This document shows positions 59,755 through 64,000 of a stretch of 64,000 nucleotides of DNA, piece after piece. Position 1 is the stretch's first letter; each line of letters begins with the position of its first letter. This stretch comes from an uncultured Desulfarculus sp. (lineage in GTDB: Bacteria > Desulfobacterota > Desulfarculia > Desulfarculales > Desulfarculaceae): contig CAXXUK010000002.1 of NCBI GenBank assembly GCA_963665125.2, positions 832,001 through 896,000 on the forward strand, in the 5' to 3' direction. The position numbers and the translations under genes were made by a program. The notes under the pieces were generated by a model. That model did not search any database, was not told the origin of the DNA, and worked only from the letters and a program-made list of their open reading frames with translations.

Positions 59755-61154
59755 GAATTTACTTGCCCGGCGGCGGCTACCAGGGCCGGCGCCCACTGGG
59801 GTAAACCCAAGGCGTGAACATGATGATACGTGCCCATTACCCGTTTGTATATCAGCCCGCCCATGCCGTTTTGAATGCCCCGGCCCCGCAGGACCTCATA
59901 GGCGAAATCAAGGCGGCTGTCGGCCAACGGACGGGGCAGGGAGTAATGGAATTCGTGGGCCTGAAACTCGGTTCCCACGGGCAGATATGGGTTGGGGGCG
60001 ACCACACGGCAATGCGAATAGCCATGCCCCTGGGGCTTGGGTTGCATCTCAAAGTCGACGGGGAAAACACCGGCCATGGGATGGTTTTGGCCGTCGACGG
60101 TGAGGCTGCGGCCCAGGAACATCAAACCACCGCATTCGGCGTATATGGGCATGCCCCTGTCGGCGGCGTCACGGACGCTTTGCCGGAAAGACTGGTTGGC
60201 GGCCAGTTGTCCGGCATGAGTTTCGGGAAAGCCTCCGCCGATATACAGGGCATCGACGTCCGGCAGTTTCTCGTCGGTGAGGGCCGAACAAAAAACAAGC
60301 TCTCCACCATGGTTTTGCAGGGCTTCAAGGTTCTCCGGGTAATAGAAGCCAAAGGCGGCGTCGCGAATGACGCCTATGCGCGGACCGCCGGAGGACGGAG
60401 GCTGCTCAGGAAAAAGACCCTCCGGCAGCGGCTGGGCGGCCAGGGGCGGCGCCGAGCACATCACCTCCCATAGCTTGTCCATGTCCACATGTGCGGACAC
60501 CAGTTGGGCTACGTTGGTCAGGGCATTGGTGACTTTGTGGTGTTCCTGGGGTGGCACCAGGCCCATATGGCGCTCTGGCATCTCCAAGCTCAGGCGAGGC
60601 ACGGCTCCCAGCACCTTTATATCGGTGTACTGCTCGATGCTGGCCCTGATGACCTTTTCCTGGCGTGCGGTGCCAACAGGGTTGAGCACCACTCCGGCGA
60701 GATTCAACTGTGGGTCGAAGTTTCTCATACCCAGGGCTATGGCCGCCACGGTGCGCGAAGCCATGGCGCAATTGAGCACCATTACAACCGGGGCCTGGAT
60801 AAGCTTGGCCAACTCTGCGGTGGAATAGGTGCCCTGGGCGTTTTTACCGTCATACAGACCGCGGTTGCCCTCGACAACGGCGCATTCAAAGCCTTGGCTA
60901 TGATGATAAAACGATTTCTGAACCTGGGCGCTGCCCATCATATATGGGTCCAGGTTGCGGCAGGGAGACCCCGCGGCTTCGGAGTGCCAAAACGGGTCTA
61001 TGTAATCCGGGCCTTTTTTAAAAGGAGCCACCTTTAGGCCCCTCTCGTGCAGAGCCTGGATCAACCCCAAGGCCAGAGTGGTCTTGCCCGACCCTCCGCG
61101 AACCGCGGCCACAACCAAACGCGGCAGGTTCAGTTGGTGATTGGCTTGGGCCAT
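59751..61154 (-). CDS. dsrN: Siroheme amidase / cobyrinate a,c-diamide synthase-like DsrN
   Basis: GGSGKTT, FKKGPDYID, EGNRGLYDG, ERHMGL, GGGFPE and YAECGG; dsr context. Confidence 0.85.
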   Translation of the reverse strand: MAQANHQLNLPRLVVAAVRGGSGKTTLALGLIQALHERGLKVAPFKKGPDYIDPFWHSEAAGSPCRNLDPYMMGSAQVQKSFYHHSQGFECAVVEGNRGLYDGKNAQGTYSTAELAKLIQAPVVMVLNCAMASRTVAAIALGMRNFDPQLNLAGVVLNPVGTARQEKVIRASIEQYTDIKVLGAVPRLSLEMPERHMGLVPPQEHHKVTNALTNVAQLVSAHVDMDKLWEVMCSAPPLAAQPLPEGLFPEQPPSSGGPRIGVIRDAAFGFYYPENLEALQNHGGELVFCSALTDEKLPDVDALYIGGGFPETHAGQLAANQSFRQSVRDAADRGMPIYAECGGLMFLGRSLTVDGQNHPMAGVFPVDFEMQPKPQGHGYSHCRVVAPNPYLPVGTEFQAHEFHYSLPRPLADSRLDFAYEVLRGRGIQNGMGGLIYKRVMGTYHHVHALGLPQWAPALVAAAGQVNS

Positions 61155-61169
61155 TTTGCCGTGATCCCT

Positions 61170-61212
61170 CAAAAAAGACGCTACCCGGAGCCGGTTAAGG
61201 CCCCGGGCAGCG
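61170..61212 (-). terminator. Terminator between dsrB and dsrN
   Basis: Minus strand CGCTGCCCGGGGCC..GGCTCCGGGTAGCG-TCTTTTTT. Confidence 0.6.
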
Positions 61213-61254
61213 GTTTTAAGCATATCTCAAAAAGAGATCAGCTTAAGTCGGCTA

Positions 61255-62337
61255 CTACCACTTGAACTGAGTGGTGTTGCGCCACGTGGTGGCGGCAAAG
61301 CGGTAGTCGTCGATGTGGCGCTTGGTGAACTCGAAGCCGGTAATGTCGAAGAACCGCTCCCAACCAATGCGCTGGATCCATTCGCCGATACGCTCGTAAC
61401 GCTTGGCGCCGGCGGCGTAGGCTTCGACGATGGTGGTGATGGCCTTGACCGTGCTGTCCCAGCGAGGAGGCTCGTTGGGAATGTAGGGGATGGCCAGCTT
61501 GGAGAACATCGGCGGGCACTTGCTGTTGGAGACCTTGCCGCCTACCCAAATGGCGATGCCGTCACCGTCGGCGTCGGCCAAAGGCATGGCCGGGCACATG
61601 GTGTAGCAGTTACCGCAGTACATGCAGCGGTCGGCGTTAACGGCGACGGACTTGAAGTCGTCGACCTTGGCCGGCTTGATGGCTGCGGTGGGGCAGCTGG
61701 CGATGGTGGTCGGGATTTCGCACATCTTGTCGAGGTGCGAGTGCTCGATCACCGGAGGCTTGCGGTGCACGCCCAGGATAGCGATATCGGAGCAGTGCAC
61801 GGCGCCGCACATGTTCAGGCAGCAGGCCAGGGCGATACGGACCTGGGCCGGCAGCTTCATCGACTGATAGTAGTCGAACAGGGCGTCCATGACGGCCTTG
61901 ACCGGACCGGAGGCGTCGATAGCCGGGGTGTGGCAGTGGACCCAACCCTGGGTATGGACGATGTTGGTCACGGAGTGGCCGGTGCCGCCATAAGGCAGGG
62001 TGCCGTTGGCGTTGATGGCCTTCTTCAGACCCTCAAGCTTGGTTTTGTCGGTGACCATGAACTCGATGTTGTTGCGGGTGGTGAACCGGAAGGCACCATC
62101 GCAGAATTCGTCGGCGAGCTTGCAGAAGTCTTCCAGCTGCAAGGTGGTCATCAAACGGGTACCGGCGCAACGCACGGTATAAAGTTCAGCCCCGGTTTCG
62201 GATTTGTGCATCAACACGCCGGGTTCAAGAATCTCATGGTACAACCACTTGCCGTAGTTGTCTTTGATGTAATCGGGCCACATCTCGTCATATTTAGGCG
62301 GTCCGATGTCGGTAATACGGTTGGCTACATCTGCCAT
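61255..62337 (-). CDS. dsrB: Dissimilatory sulfite reductase beta subunit
   Basis: [34 protein letters not shown] and TTQFKW. Confidence 0.97.
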   Translation of the reverse strand: MADVANRITDIGPPKYDEMWPDYIKDNYGKWLYHEILEPGVLMHKSETGAELYTVRCAGTRLMTTLQLEDFCKLADEFCDGAFRFTTRNNIEFMVTDKTKLEGLKKAINANGTLPYGGTGHSVTNIVHTQGWVHCHTPAIDASGPVKAVMDALFDYYQSMKLPAQVRIALACCLNMCGAVHCSDIAILGVHRKPPVIEHSHLDKMCEIPTTIASCPTAAIKPAKVDDFKSVAVNADRCMYCGNCYTMCPAMPLADADGDGIAIWVGGKVSNSKCPPMFSKLAIPYIPNEPPRWDSTVKAITTIVEAYAAGAKRYERIGEWIQRIGWERFFDITGFEFTKRHIDDYRFAATTWRNTTQFKW

Positions 62338-62382
62338 TTTGTAGAACCTCCTTAAGTTCCGAAAGGCATCAGCTCGCTTAAA

Positions 62383-63654
62383 TTAGCGGGCGTGCTTTTT
62401 ACGATAGTCGGCGATATCGCGATCAAAGCCGCCGGGGACCTCGTCAGCAGCGTAGAAGAAATACGGGTTGGACCGAGGTTCCTTTACCATCTGCGGGATG
62501 GGATCGAGTTCGACGGCCTCAATGAAGGACTGCAGGCCGAGGCGCTGGATTAATTCACCAATGCGCTCGCGGTTCTTGCCGTTTTCATCCCACCAATCCC
62601 ACATCTTCTCGACGAATTCCTTGAACTCTTCGTAATCGTCTTCCATCTTGATGAAGGGGATAATGACGGAACTGAGCTGAGCGCCCTCGAGGATCGGGGC
62701 CTTGGCGCCGATGAGGATGGTGGCGCCGTTGTCAACACCGGGCCGCAGAGCGCGCGGCATCAAGTTGATGCAGTGCATGCAGCGGGTGCATTCCTTGTCG
62801 TTGATGACCAGCTTTTTGCCTTCCAGGGCCATGCAGCCGGTGGGGCAGAGGTCGACAACGTCAGCCTGGACGTCGAGTTTGACGTCGGGGCCCATGGCGC
62901 CGCCGCGGGCCGGGATCTCGCCACCGATATAGGCGGCAACGGCTTCTTGGTCGATGCGGATGTTGTCGCGCCAGGTACCGATGATGGAGCAGTCGGAACG
63001 GGCGATGGAGGCCACGCAGTCGTTGGGGCAGCCGCTGATCTTGAATTTGAACTTATAGGGCCAGGCCGGACGGTGCATTTCGTCCTGGAATGTCTGGGTC
63101 AGGTTGTAGCAAATGTCCTGAGTGTTGAGGCAGGACCATTCGCAACGAGCCTTGCCCAAGCAGCAGGCCGGGGTGCGCAGAGCGGAACCGGAGCCGCCGA
63201 GGTCCCAGTCCTTCTGGGTCAGTTCGGCGAAGATGGGCTCGAGCTCTTCGGTAAAGGCGCCCAAAAGGACCATGTCGCCGGTGGAGCCGTGCATGTTGAG
63301 CATGCCGGAGCCGCGGCGATTCCAGATGTCCATGATCTCGCGAATGCGCTCGGTCTTGTAGAACTTGGAAGCGGGCTGGTTTACACGCAGGGTGTGGAAG
63401 TGCTCGACGCCGGGGAACAGGTCGGGAACGTCGGAATAACGGCCGATAACGCCGCCGCCATAGCCCAGAACGCCCACGATGCCGCCATGCTTCCAGTGGC
63501 CCTCTTTCTCTTTGTAGGAGAGCTCGAGCTGGCCGAGAAGGTCCGCGCAAGCGTCCTTGCCCGCTTCCGCCATCCTTTTGATGTCGGTAACGAAGCTAGG
63601 CCAAGGCCCCTTCTCCAGCTCATCCAGCATCGGAGTCGGATGCTTGATAGCCAT
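62383..63654 (-). CDS. dsrA: Dissimilatory sulfite reductase alpha subunit
   Basis: GPWPSFV, HWKHGGIVGV, CLGKARC..GCPNDC siroheme motif and CTRCMHC; GGAGG before ATG 63654. Confidence 0.97.
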   Translation of the reverse strand: MAIKHPTPMLDELEKGPWPSFVTDIKRMAEAGKDACADLLGQLELSYKEKEGHWKHGGIVGVLGYGGGVIGRYSDVPDLFPGVEHFHTLRVNQPASKFYKTERIREIMDIWNRRGSGMLNMHGSTGDMVLLGAFTEELEPIFAELTQKDWDLGGSGSALRTPACCLGKARCEWSCLNTQDICYNLTQTFQDEMHRPAWPYKFKFKISGCPNDCVASIARSDCSIIGTWRDNIRIDQEAVAAYIGGEIPARGGAMGPDVKLDVQADVVDLCPTGCMALEGKKLVINDKECTRCMHCINLMPRALRPGVDNGATILIGAKAPILEGAQLSSVIIPFIKMEDDYEEFKEFVEKMWDWWDENGKNRERIGELIQRLGLQSFIEAVELDPIPQMVKEPRSNPYFFYAADEVPGGFDRDIADYRKKHAR

Positions 63655-63869
63655 TGAATTAATCCTCCGTAAATGTTGCTGACTTTTTGCGAGTCTTGCT
63701 TTGGGGTAGCCACCCAGCGGCCTCCCGCAAACCACGCGTTCAACCCATCAATTGACCCACTCCTCTCCCCGCAACTTGAAATAATTTCGGGAAAGGCTGT
63801 TTCAAAATGGGCTAACTGTCTGTTTTTTCAGCAGGGAATCGTATTTTCCCGGCTTTAATGATAGTTGTG

Positions 63870-63898
63870 AGTATAGGAACAACCATACTTGGTGTCAA
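63870..63898 (-). promoter_or_regulatory. Sigma70 promoter of dsrAB
   Basis: Minus strand TTGACA-N17-TATACT, about 215 nt upstream of dsrA. Confidence 0.7.
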
Positions 63899-64000
63899 CC
63901 AAAAAACATCGAACCTTGCGACTAACGGAACTTGAACGTAAAATATCATCCACAGCTTAGGGAGCCCAAACAATGATAGAAACCGGTGATCCAACCATCA

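Noticed and set aside
59751..61154. Cobalamin biosynthesis cbiA/cobB operon
   Set aside because: No other cob/cbi genes are nearby, and the position between dsrB and dsrD favours dsrN

Overview
GC-rich chromosomal segment of a dissimilatory sulfate-reducing deltaproteobacterium (Desulfobacterota; a Desulfarculaceae-like organism is plausible, by inference only). The right half is mostly core genes: dsrA-dsrB-dsrN-dsrD-TPR-ferredoxin, tetraheme cytochrome c3, mazG, cvpA, phoH-HD-ybeY-pdxJ-acpS-nnr-tsaE-lysC-cimA, fbp-tsaD-rsmA, panCD with a pan-motif-like hairpin, metK/ahcY and tRNA-Thr(CGT). The left half is accessory metabolism and signalling. It contains a Tat-exported alkyl sulfatase and a tungsten AOR-MoaD pair divergent from a sphingosine-1-phosphate-lyase-like PLP enzyme. 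It also has a complete alternative lipoate assembly cluster (LbpA/GcvH, Lpl with a Cys-rich C-terminal fusion, LipT-like, LipS1, LipS2), a double-CZB chemoreceptor, and a sigma54 Cache-kinase/OFA-transporter/acs module. The best candidate for an undescribed system is a three-gene operon: an ~816-aa putative glutamate-cysteine-ligase-fold protein, a phosphatidylserine-decarboxylase-like enzyme and a divergent Lgt-like transferase. Both this operon and the EAL-CBS-GGDEF gene upstream are preceded by 11-bp-period Pho-box-like repeats. This suggests a phosphate-starvation pathway that makes a phosphorus-free diacylglyceryl amino/thioether lipid (hypothesis). No CRISPR array, rRNA, integrase or transposase was seen. 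Start coordinates were refined by eye from RBS position and gene overlaps.
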